Positions 1 through 11,699 of a stretch of 64,000 nt of DNA are shown here, one piece after another (the first letter of the stretch is position 1; each line of letters opens with the position of its first letter). The stretch is from the human T2T-CHM13v2.0 reference genome, Homo sapiens. The DNA lies in assembly GCF_009914755.1 (NCBI RefSeq), contig NC_060930.1; one strand, given 5' to 3'. A program made the translations under genes and the position numbers. Under the pieces are notes generated by a model that saw only the letters and a list, made by a program, of their open reading frames with translations, was not told where the DNA came from and made no database searches.

Positions 1-186
1 CTTCCTTTTTGTTTTACCATCCCTAAAACCCATACTCGAAAATCCCTAACATCCATACCTTCACATTAATGTAAATCCCTAATTATGTCCCACCTAGTAA
101 TGAAATTTTCACCCTTACAATATTTAACAGAACCTGCATATGTTCAAAACTTACTCTAATCCCCAAATCATATTCAAACAATATTC

Positions 187-319
187 TTTTATTTATTTAA
201 TAGAGATGGGGTTTCCCCATGTTGCCCAGGCTGGTCTTGAATTCCTGAGCTTAAATGATCTGTCCGCCTTGGCCTCCCAAAGTGCTGGGATTACAGGCAT
301 GAGCCATCGTGCCTGGTCC
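187..319 (-). mobile_element. Alu monomer (FLAM-like)
   Basis: Left-arm Alu sequence with a T-rich tail. Confidence 0.85.
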
Positions 320-876
320 AAAGAATATTCAAGTATATGTGTGACAACAATATGTCTGTCTAAAGACAGACAAACCAAGATACTCAATAAATCTAAACTA
401 ATGCTGTCACCTCTGATACGTAACAAAAACAAATTTGGTGAGTATGTATTGTTAAGTCTAGTTCAAGTATATAATATTTCTAAGAGTTTATAATGAACTC
501 CTTGAAAGACCACAGGAAAAAAATATAATACATTTACTGAACTTTTCCTAGGAAGTAGCTTCTTGACCAATAACATATCAGTCATCCACTCCCAGGCACC
601 CTAGATGTTCACTCAATCACCTGACTTTTCTATCTCCCTCTATATAAATGAAGTTCAACCCAGCAGCTGGCATGGGGAAACAAGTATAATTTTATTATGG
701 CTGCAGTCCTTACCAAATGTGAGTACCGTGGCAATCTTGTGGAATTTTGTTTTTAATCAATTTAAATTCCAAAATCCAATATATTTAACATGAGCTAATT
801 TCTGTTTCCTCCCACAACCACACTAAAATGAAGTGAGAAAAGTTTTCTTACAAGGAACAAATTCACAAAAGTAAAG

Positions 877-878
877 CA

Positions 879-909
<31 letters not shown>

Positions 910-915
910 CACACA
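877..915. repeat. Poly-A joined to (CA)n microsatellite
   Basis: Seen directly. Confidence 0.95.
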
Positions 916-1339
916 ACAGCAACAATGGGAGGGGTCAGGCCAGCAGATATGTCAACAAAATTTTAGAAGATGGAAAGCAGATGTACAAAGTAACTGACTT
1001 AGCAGAGCAGAGGAAGCAGAAAACTGTTACTGTTTTGGTGGGGGGCCTACGAGAAACAAGTTGATTGTTGGAAAAGCCCTGAGAGCCTGAAGAATTGGAG
1101 GTTCCAGATATCTTTGAGGACTGAGGTGAGAGAAAGAGCATCCTTCAAATGGCTTCAAAAGATGCCTTCAAAATTTGAAGGGAAGGTAATCACTAACAGA
1201 ATTCTATATACAACCAAACTATAAGAGCAACCAAACTGAGAGTGGAGAAAGACATTTTAAGACATGCAAGCCTCAAGAAACTCACCTGCCATTTACACTT
1301 TTTTGGGCAAATACTAGAAGTCTTCATTAAGGAAATTAG

Positions 1340-1724
<385 letters not shown>

Positions 1725-2333
1725 TAAACTCCTAACTTTTTGTCAATGAACCAAGATAGAAATATAGAGCCCAGAAAAAGAGGCGAAGGAATTCCCTGCA
1801 CACAGTTATATAGCAATTCTAGAAATAAAACCAGTCCAGGATGATGGAGGGCCCAGCCAGGAAGGATAGCTTTAACAAAAAAAGAAAACGGAACCAAAAG
1901 ATTATATCATGTTTGATCCTACTGGCAAGAATTTCACAGTTTCTAACATAGTTTAAAGCTGAACCAAGGATGGGTGCAAAGAAAACGAATAAGGAAAAGG
2001 ATAAGGATCAGGATAACTTCAGGATAAAACATAAAGTTGTAAAAGAAAGTACATGTAATCAAAGCACTTTACATGACTTAGCTTTTGTATATATAAGTTG
2101 GAAATTGGAAGAGAGGAGAAAATGGGAAGAGGGAGTTAGTAAGGAAGCTAACTAGAGGTAGAAAGTCAAACAGGTATTACATTTAAAATGTAAAAATCAA
2201 GAAACAGGAGTAAGCAGACCTCAGCAAGGTGGCAGAATAGGCTTTTCTAGTGCTTCTCTGCCCCACTCGCCCTGCTAACCTCACCCCCTACAGAAACATC
2301 AATTTGAACAACTATCTACACACAAAAATATAA

Positions 2334-2624
2334 ATTTTTTTTTTTGAGGAGTTTTGCTCTTGTTGCCCAGGCTGGAGTGCTATGGTGCGATCTTGGCTCA
2401 CTGAAACTTCCACCTCCTGGGTTCAAGCGATTCTCCTTGTCTCCGCCTCCTGAGCAGCTGGGATTACAGGCATGCACCACCACGCCTGGCTAATTTTGTA
2501 TTTTTAGTAGAGATGGGGTTTCACCATGTTGGCTAGGCTGGTCTCAAACTCCTGACCTCAGGTGATCTGCCCGCCTCGGCCTCCCAAAGTGCTGGGATTA
2601 CAGGCATGAATCACCGTGCCCAGC
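2334..2624 (-). mobile_element. AluS
   Basis: Full dimer with poly-T. Confidence 0.92.
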
Positions 2625-2754
2625 AAGTAAATTTTAACAAATAATAAAACATAAAAATATTCTGAAACTTTAAAAAAAAAAATCAAGAAACAAGAAAATC
2701 ATGTTATTTAGAGACAAAACACCAGAAAATAAAACCAAAACTAGTGAAAGTAGT

Positions 2755-3256
2755 TGTGGCAGACTGTCACGGTTACTACTTGAGACCATCACTACAACAG
2801 TTACTACTGTTACTACTTGAGACCCTCATTAGGAGACGGGACGAAGGGACGAACATGGAAATGATAAAAAAAAAAAAAAAAAAAAAAAAGAAACTGTTTT
2901 AAAGGAAAGGCCAGGGGAAGAAAAGCTCCCTGCTTCTAGTCAGCAAAGGCAGCCCCCCTGAGCTCCACAGCCCTTCGTATTTATTGGGTAACAAGAACAG
3001 GGAGGAGGAGGTAGCAACTGGTCAGCTGCTTAACTGATCGCAGGTTCATATTGTTACTAACAGGCTTCAGATGTACCTAATCACAAGAAACACTGCACTT
3101 GGGGCGTGACTGCCTTCAGCATTCCTTCTGGGTGGCATACACAGTTTGTCAGTTTGCCAACATTCTACATTTATGAGAAACATTTTGTTGCTTACTCATA
3201 TAGCCTCCAGTGGTATACTGAGTTGATCATAACCCTCATTCTTTCGACCTCCAACG
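2755..3256 (-). mobile_element. 3' LTR (LTR3 family) with an expanded A/T run
   Basis: Preceded by the PPT AAAAAGGGAGAAA; about 40 substitutions against the other LTR by eye (roughly 8%); long A run at ~2866-2889 absent from the 5' LTR. Confidence 0.9.
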
Positions 3257-3269
3257 TTTCTCCCTTTTT

Positions 3270-3648
3270 GTTTTTTAATTAATTGAGAAAGGCAACTACA
3301 GGCTGTGCAGCCCTTAATTGCCAGTTGGTGGTCCAGCTGATCTTACAACGGGAGGCACAGGAAACCATGGCCAGCATGGCCACAAACATGGAGTCAGGGG
3401 TCTTTGCCTGACCCTGACACTAACAGTGTCTCAGCTTCCTGTGTGGTTTTCTTGATCTATCCCCATGTCATGAGGGTTGATGTCAGTGTGACTCCGGTCG
3501 GTCCTCATTCCATCTTCGCATTCAGATTCAACTGGCTCATGGCTCGTATTAGGGGAACAAGGCCTGTAGCTAGAATCCATGGATCTCTCCAGTCTTCCAT
3601 TCCATGGTCGCACACACCTTGAGGGCACCCACACAGTTTGTTCATCTC
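3270..3648 (-). pseudogene. Disabled rec-like/env signal-peptide remnant (ERVK3-1-like) overlapping the integrase C-terminus
   Basis: Translates as WVPSRCVRPW (integrase tail) and, in another frame, MEDWRDPW...TWG*IKKTTQEAETLL/(frameshift)CQGQAKTPDSMFVAMLAMVSCAS, followed directly by the env 3' end (alternative frame ...GPPTGN*); two stops plus a frameshift. Confidence 0.8.
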
Positions 3649-3764
3649 CTTATGTTGTCAAGCAGACTTGTAACGGGGTTTCTCATTTGTCTGGTTGGTT
3701 TTAGTTTTTTCTGTTCCAGCAGAACTTCCTCATTCAAGTCCCTATAGGACCCTGTCTCTATCTG

Positions 3765-4015
3765 TCCCTGCAAGTTTCTGCTAGCTTCTGCTGGTCTCTG
3801 CTAGTCTTTGCTAGTCTCTGCTAGTATTTGCTAGTCTTTATCTATCCCTGTCTGTCCCTGTCTGTCTCTACGGTCCCTGTTAGTTCCTCCAAGTTGGTGC
3901 AAGTCCCTATCTTTCCCTATCTGTCTCTATCTCTATTTATCCCTACTTATCTCTATGTGTCCCTGTAGGCCTCCTCAGGTCCCTTCAGGTCTCTTCAGGT
4001 CTCTGTTTGTCACTG
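3765..4015. repeat. Degenerate short tandem repeats in the proviral leader
   Basis: About 6 copies of (AGTCTYTGCT) at 3773-3840, plus TCCCTG/TCTCTA and TTCAGGTCYC motifs. Confidence 0.8.
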
Positions 4016-4018
4016 ATA

Positions 4019-4036
4019 GTCCCTGTTCGGGCGCCA
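4019..4036 (-). promoter_or_regulatory. Primer binding site for tRNA-Lys3(UUU)
   Basis: Minus strand TGGCGCCCGAACAGGGAC, a perfect 18-mer Lys3 PBS starting 2 nt after the 5' LTR. Confidence 0.95.
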
Positions 4037-4038
4037 CT

Positions 4039-4532
4039 TGTGGCACATTGCCACAGTTACTACTTGAGACCTTCACTACAACAGTTACTACTGTTACTAC
4101 TTGAGACCGTCATTACGAGACTGAAGGAAGGGACAAACATGGAAATAACAAAAAAACAAAAGGAACTGTTTTAAAGGAAGGGCCAGGGGAAGAAGAAAAG
4201 AGCTCCCTGCTTCTAGTGAGCAAAGGCAGCCCCTGAGCTTCCACAGCCCTTCATATTTATTGGGTAACAAGAGCAGGGAGAAGGAGGTAAGGATTGGTCA
4301 GCTGCTTAATTGATCACAGGTTCATATTGTTACTAACAGGCTTCAGATGTACCTAATCACAAGAAACACTGTGCTTTGGGCATGACTGCCTTCAGCATTC
4401 CTTCTGGGTGGCATACGCAGTCTGTCAGTTTGCCAACATTCTGCATTTATGAAAAACAGTTTGCTGCTTACTCATATAACCTCCAGTGGTATACTGAGTT
4501 GATCATGACCCTCATTCTTTTGGCCTCCAACA
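4039..4532 (-). mobile_element. 5' LTR (LTR3 family)
   Basis: TG...CA termini, immediately followed on the minus strand by the PBS; CCAAT near 4293-4297 and an AATAAATA element near 4254-4261. Confidence 0.9.
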
Positions 4533-5094
4533 AGTAGTTGCCTCAGGGGAGCAGAAATCTGTCAAGAAGGGAGCTAGGGCACTGGTCTGCTGCTTTTTTT
4601 CATAATCCCTGCAGTACTACCTGACTTTCTAAATCATATAAAGCACCCTGGAGAATGCCATTTGCACTTTAAATGAAAGCAAAAAGTGCAAAACCACAGG
4701 AAAGGCAGAAACTAAAGGTCGGGGGAGAGCCACATTTTATTCTGATGTGTTTTATCCTCTGGTATATTTTTCTAATATTGAAAAATCAGGCTAGAAACAT
4801 TACTTTAAATGTCTCTAGTCTGAAAAACAAGATGAAGGGTACTCCCTGTTCCAGCATGATTCAAGAATCACACAACTAAAAGTAGTACTCAGGTCTGCTT
4901 CATAATCATACCTTTACACAAAAAACTACATGGGCGAACCCAGTCAGGAAAGCAATCCTGTCTTTTATAAAAGTTAGATACTGCAGATGCCAACAAATTG
5001 CAAAAAACTTCAACTTCTACTGAGTAATAACATCGAACAATTAAAAGCAATAACTGGAACTCACAGAAAAAACAAGGGTTTTAGCCATACACAA

Positions 5095-5260
5095 GCTGGG
5101 TGCCCTTGAGCCATTTATTCAATTTTTAAGCCTCAGTTTCTCATCCGTAAAATAAGCACACCAGCTACTCCAAGATGGTGCTGCAAAAAAGAAGCAGGGT
5201 TATTAACATATGTAAAGTACCAATTATAGCACCTGGTGTGTAGTCTGTGCTGCAAAACCA
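5095..5260 (+). mobile_element. MIR fragment
   Basis: AAGCCTCAGTTTCTCATCCGTAAAAT core. Confidence 0.65.
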
Positions 5261-6077
5261 TTAGCTTCCTTATTTTTTTTTTACATGGTTATTGATTATC
5301 AAAGCTTCGGGCCTTACAGGATTACTTACAATGGAACCTAGAACAAAGCTAGAACTGAGCATAAAATGCGTGCGTCAGGGACAGGTTAAGCAAAGCAGCT
5401 GATGCGTGACAGCACCAGAAGCAATAGACACAATAGACCCAGTGGACCCAGTGGACCAAGTGCTACACCATCATCTAATTTTTCTAGCCTAAAATAAGGA
5501 TATTTATATGAAACCTGATTTCTTAATGTTGGCAACTAACAAGTTAAAACACGATGTTGCTGGAAAATATGTGTGCAGGTATATTTCACACAAAGATTTA
5601 TAAAGGTTACATTTTAATGCCATATGCAGAGGTTTAAACATTGTCAACAAAAATTCTACTCACTAATAGGCTTTTTTCAACAAGTTTACTGTGGTTATAG
5701 AGAGAAGAAGTTAGAACATATGCACACAATTTTACATTTATAATCAGTTACCTCTGGCAACATAACAAAAAAGACTACATTATCCCTGTGCTGTTGAAAC
5801 TAGATCCCAACTGTTTTCCCATATATATGCTCTTTTGTAAATTAACAAAAAGAATGAAGTTAAGACAAGAGTTTCTAAAAGCTCAAACATTATAGATACT
5901 GGACTGAAATTGTTAAAAAGTGGTTTTAACTTGTGATCACCATAGGAAATTACCGTTTCATTTCAAAGACTGTACTTCCACACAGATAATTATTCCTGAC
6001 CACTGCAAAAAATCTGCTTACCACATATTCACCAGTAACCAACCCACTAGGTCTCTTCTTAACCTAACAATTTTTAC

Positions 6078-6235
6078 AGATGCCAGGCACTCTATGAAGC
6101 ATTTTATAAGCATTAGTTCATTTAATCCTCATGTAACTCTGAGGTAGGTATGATTTTTAACCCCTTACTACAGCAAACGAGGCTTTGAGAAATAATTTGC
6201 CCAAGGTCACAATGGCATATGTGGCAGTCTAACCA
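6078..6235 (-). mobile_element. MIR
   Basis: CATTTAATCCTCA...GAGGTAGGTA...TTGCCCAAGGTCACA. Confidence 0.8.
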
Positions 6236-8153
6236 GCATCAAATAGAGTGGACATGTTACTGATTCCTTCTAATCAATATTCCATCAAAGAAATTTGTAA
6301 GGAAATAAATGCACATTCATTAAGTTCACAGGTAAGAATATGAGTGGCCAGGATTATATCAGAATTCAGTTTAACCTTGACAGTTAGGTAAATGGGGGTC
6401 AACTAAATGAATTCAATTGAATGGAAAGAAGTACAATGGGAGATAGGGGAGAATAAATGATGAAAAGTGCAATAGGGTGAAAAAATTAAAAAAAAAGAGA
6501 AAAACAAAATACTCTTAAAACTTCCATCTTCTAATCTCGAAAATAAGAACTGAAACATCAGTTCTCAATCTTTTCTGTTTCCCAAAACCCTTTCAAAAAC
6601 CACTCCTAAAGTTCTCTTTCTCCCTTAACCTGTCTCTCTCATCCACTTGTGCACACACACACAGAGATGCTGCACACACACAGGAGTGCATGCACATGGG
6701 AACACAATACCTCACTTACAGTCTCAGGCAGTTTATGCACCCATGAGGCCCAAGAACCCCACTCTCCACCCCAGGTCAGGAGTCTGAACCAAATAATCTC
6801 CCTCAAGGTAAATGAATCTAGGGTGAAAAACAAGTAGCTTCTGGACAAAAAGAGAAAGAAACAAAGAATTATGGCAGAGTGTAAATCACATTTTAATTTT
6901 ATGTCTTCAAGCTACTGGGATATGTACATATATCAGTAGAATGTAGGAAACTCTGAAAAATATGAGTGAATTCAGCACTGTTGTTATAATGGCCCAGCCC
7001 TGAAGCTCATCAGCAGGTCTGGAAACGTAAATACAAGGGCTTGGAAAAGGTGACTTCAGAGTTGGTAATCAGAACTATATGACAAGCTTTTTAAAACCAC
7101 AATTATCCTGGAAAAAGGCAACTGAAGGGTAACATAAGTTTTTAAGTATTTGAAAATTCTTTCATGAAGGTTGATGGTGAGGCCCTAAGAGCAAAGCAAG
7201 AGGAAACTGGTCTCTTCAGAAAGATTTGATTTAAATGCATGAACTACCCTACCTGACCTAGGCAATAAGGTCCGATAGATGAACAGTGACAAAACCACTT
7301 TGGGAGCCTTTCCATGCCTCCTAACCTGGAAAGAACTAAAATGATCCCCATGATGCCGAACTTAGTTATCTATGCAAAATTTCAACTTGGCTATCTAAAG
7401 CAAAACCTTATTTAAGATACAGGTCAGATCTCAGGAAAGATTGTTCTTATCCTTCAATTTATTCCAGATTATTTGGGAGACAATCTATGTACTTTTTGAC
7501 TTTATGGCTCTAATAAGCTAGAGTGAAAATATGCAAAATTCAGAGAGGTATCTGTGAAGTGAAAACATGTTTCCATTTTAAAGATAACTGAGAATATGAA
7601 ATTAGCTCAATTGCAATCTTTGAAGAAAAAATATCCAGAAGCAGTATGAATGCACTCATAGATCACATGAAATCTATTCCAATGCCAAGAAGTAAGAGAC
7701 ATCACTTTAAAATAAGAAAATTCAGAAAGCCTCTGAAATTCTAATTAAAATTAATACTATCCCAACACCATGGAAATATATAGCCTATCTACTCTCCTAG
7801 ACATGAAAAACATGCCTCTAAGAAACTTACAACACAGATCCCAAGCCAACCACAAAACCAGGAGAAACAATATCAGTGGTTAGAAAAGCAAATAAACATT
7901 ACCGACATGATATTTCTACATGAAACATTACCCATTTCTATGTCAACTCTATCAAAGAATCTTCACTAAAGATTCTTCACCTCTAATATATTAAAGGTTC
8001 AATGAATTAATTCATCAAATATTTATTAAATACAATGAGTAGGTGCTTCACATCACAAATACCTATAATATTCCCTCTCTCATATGAAATACACACACAT
8101 ACACATACTTTATAGAAAAAGCTACCAAAATCTATTAGCTATAACTATAAACC

Positions 8154-8468
8154 GGCTGGGTGCGGTGGCTCACACCTGTAATCCCAACACTTTGGGAGGC
8201 CAAGTCGGGTGGATCACTTGAGGTCAGGAGTTCAAGAACAGCCTGGTCAACATGGTGAAACCCTGTCTCTACTAAAAATACAAAAATTAGCCGGGCATGG
8301 TGGCACACGCCTGTAATTCCAGCTACTTGGAAGGCTGAAGCACGAGAATTACTTGAACTGGGAAGACGGAGGTTGCAGTGAGCCAAGATCACGTCACTGC
8401 ACTCCAGCCTGAACGACAGAGTGAAACTGTGTCTCAAAAACAAAATAAAAACAACAACAGCAACAAAA
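8154..8468 (+). mobile_element. AluS
   Basis: Full dimer, (CAA)n-type tail, TSD AACTATAAA. Confidence 0.93.
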
Positions 8469-8486
8469 ACTATAAATCATTTCTAG

Positions 8487-8837
<351 letters not shown>

Positions 8838-9549
8838 TATAATTCCTAAACAACTCTAATAGCTAACTTGGAGGCCATTTCCCTATAGTTAATGACATCA
8901 GGCATTGACTCCATTTTAGATTTTAGTCTAGGGCACTGCCCACGCAGAGAAATGATACAAATCTCATAATATCAAGTTGCTGGTTTATGCCAAAACATGG
9001 CATCCCAAAGGATGTTCTGTCTAGAATTGGTGACAGAATCGCATACAAATCTTCTATTTGCTCAGACATTCCAAAGACATTAGAACTGTTTGCATGTTGA
9101 GAGGAAGAGACTAGGGCTAAGAGTGGATCTGCTGACTCCTAACGGTTCAGCCCTGAGATTCCAAGATTCTATAAAAGAGCAGTGAATTAGGGTTTGGCTA
9201 CTATTTGCTGACTACGAAAGCCAGCATAAACATTTACTTCAGGCTTTGAAATCTGTAAGGGTACCCAGTGGTTAGGTACAGTAATTCTGAATCTGAAAAA
9301 AACAAGCCCACTGGAAATGTTTCTAAATAAAGGTGGGATGGAGGAGGTAGGCACATTTCTTTTGTTTTCTCCAAGTAAACAGCACAGATTTTAGAAATGC
9401 AAAATGTGACTCAGTGGTATTGATCCCTATAAACTGTTTATTTGCCTTATAAAACTAGTAGCAATTCACACTTTTCAATAAAAAGCCCACACATAGCTTT
9501 TAAACAGGCTACTTCAGTTCAAAAAAGAAAGAAAAAGGCCCATGTCTTC

Positions 9550-9613
9550 AGCTGGGATTACAGGCGTGCGCCACCATGCCCGGCTAATTTTTGTATTTTT
9601 AGTAGAGACAGAG
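9550..9613 (-). mobile_element. Isolated internal Alu fragment (~64 bp, spanning the linker)
   Basis: AGCTGGGATTACAGGCGTGCGCCACCATGCCCGGCTAATTTTTGTATTTTTAGTAGAGACAG with neither Alu end. Confidence 0.9.
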
Positions 9614-11699
9614 TAGAAACAGAAACAAAACAAAACCTTCAAAAATATTTAGCATTCTGCTATATAAAATATAAACCCTATATTCCTAAATGAAATGGCA
9701 AAGATACAACCTTTGTAGTTCACCAGCCACAGTAATATGAGAGGGGTGATTCAGGGCAGAACCTGATGTTAAACATAACTGTACAATATTACTAATTACA
9801 GAGAAATTGTACCAATAAATATTTTGGTTGTGGACTGCTTTGTCATCTTTGCAAGTATTTTTAATTGAAAGCAAGTGGTTGGGTAGTACACGTGGACATG
9901 GTTCTGATTTTTAAATACCTATTTTTACATTCTGGTCACTGGTTAGGTTTTCTAAACTCAATTCCTTAGAACTAGTAATTTGGAAAGGGTAAGCCACAAG
10001 AATGTTACGTTAAGAAGCCAAGGATCTAACTAGCTCAGCAACTCAGATCAGCACAAAACTCATTTGGAAACCTCCAAGTGCTAGCATTATCTAATGATGG
10101 ACCCAGGCAGTCAGTAAATCGTTAAGAACAGGTATGAAAGTGAGCAAACTGCCCTAAAGCTATCTCCTGAAAAACAGCAAGAGATATCTGAACTTCCTTC
10201 TTTTATATTTAGATGGTTATTTTTTTGGTGGCCTCTCTTCAGATTCATCCCCTAAATTAAATTTGCTTCTTTCTACTTGGACTTAAATTTCAGATTTGAA
10301 ATATACACACTTAGTTGCTACAAAATGCTCCCTGGCAGTTTACATTTTTTACAAAAGTTAGGAAAAATTTTACTGAAATTATAGCTTTAACTGATTTTTT
10401 AAAATCACTTTTAATCTTTTTTAAGGATCACCATGCAACGTAGATATATGAAGAGTTCGAGGGACGTGGCTCAATTCATCCACGAATTTTCTTTCGAAGG
10501 TTTTTGCAAAAAGTGCTCTCAACTACTTGGACTAGTGGTTAAAGATTAAAGAACTGTTATGACTAAGTCTTTCTTACAGAGGGATGTTTTAAAAGGAAAG
10601 AAACCGTCCCTTCCCGTTACTCTAAATGAGCAGCCTCTTGTTCTCGGCAGTCTGTCTGCACACAAGACCACTACTGACTTCAGTGGGAATTCTGCCCAAG
10701 AAGTGAGGAAGACAGGATAGGATTAAATTAGCGCTAAATCCACACCATTGTTCCAAGCCATTACCACTTGTACAGTTCTCCAATAACCTCCAAAGAATAG
10801 ATATCTGAAGTTTGATGGTGGTTCTTAAATTGAATTAAAAGAATGACCACTCGAGCTCTGACAGGTGACACAGCATAGCTCTTCAAAAGTTGTGTCAAAC
10901 TCACAGCCTAACGGATGGAGCCAGTTGGCCCTTATCACAATTCAAGATTGCATTGCAATGCAGCCCCCATCAGTGGCTGCAACAGCCACCCAGTGATTTC
11001 TCACAGCAATGAGCCTGCAAAGGGAAACTGAATAGGATTAAGCACTATTCGTTCCCCCACTGAAACCTGTTCAAAGCTTGAGAATTCTAAATCCTAGCCC
11101 CTGCAGCATAGAAACTGACTCAGTTTCCCTCAACTGCTAAGTCCAAGGTGAAATGTGACAGAACACCAACTGAAATGCTAATTCTCAACAGCGTTATAAA
11201 GAGACCAGATAAATAATGTATTCCGTTGAAAAAAACAATAAAAACGTAGGGTGGGGGAGGAAATAAAGACTGAAAAACTGAGGGGAAAACCGCGAAAGTC
11301 GTTTTTTTAAAACAGCTTAAATAACAGTAACAAGAGGAACAAGACGCCTGGCACACACATGCCATTTCAGAGGCAAGAAGTTCAAGAAACTGGGGAAAGA
11401 TGTGATTCAGAAAAGCGAAAATATAGCCACAGCTCCTCTAGATTCCACCTTCTCTCCCATCCACCCAGGGATCTTAAAATTAAGGGCAGCTGTGGTGTTG
11501 ATGGGGCAATTCAATGAAAGACTACCCGGGTCCGTAGGGAGGGCTCCATACGCAGACCCCTCCCCAAAATAATAGACTCTAGGCAGTAGTTCTTCTCACC
11601 AAACCTCATTTTATTTATACATATATATAAAAAAAAAAACTTGACCTCAGGGGAGGTGAGCGATCTAGAGAAGCATAACTGATGTCCCACCACAGACCT

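Larger units (their letters stand above)
2755..4532 (-). mobile_element. HERV-K(HML-6)/HERVK3 provirus with two LTR3-type LTRs and only ~780 bp of internal sequence
   Basis: Direct-repeat LTRs at 2755-3256 and 4039-4532 (minus strand starts TGTTGGAGGCC); PBS at 4019-4036; PPT at 3257-3269; 6-bp TSD AGTAGT at 2749-2754 and 4533-4538. Confidence 0.92.

Noticed and set aside
2770-2830. Repeated GTTACTACTTGAGACC units resembling a CRISPR-like array
   Set aside because: An intrinsic LTR3 repeat present in both LTRs; only two units and eukaryotic context
3431-3634. 67-aa minus-strand ORF as a functional gene
   Set aside because: Starts at GTG within the integrase tail frame of the provirus; the rec/env frame is disrupted
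4019-4036. Identity to the HIV-1 primer binding site
   Set aside because: Shared tRNA-Lys3 primer; the context is an HML-6 betaretrovirus-like ERV
5436-5462. GACCCAGTG x3 tandem repeat
   Set aside because: Short slippage duplication with no other supporting structure
9700-9790. Possible U13-like snoRNA or cassette exon
   Set aside because: Similarity is limited to CCTTTGTAGTTCA; the acceptor lacks a good polypyrimidine tract and the donor is weak
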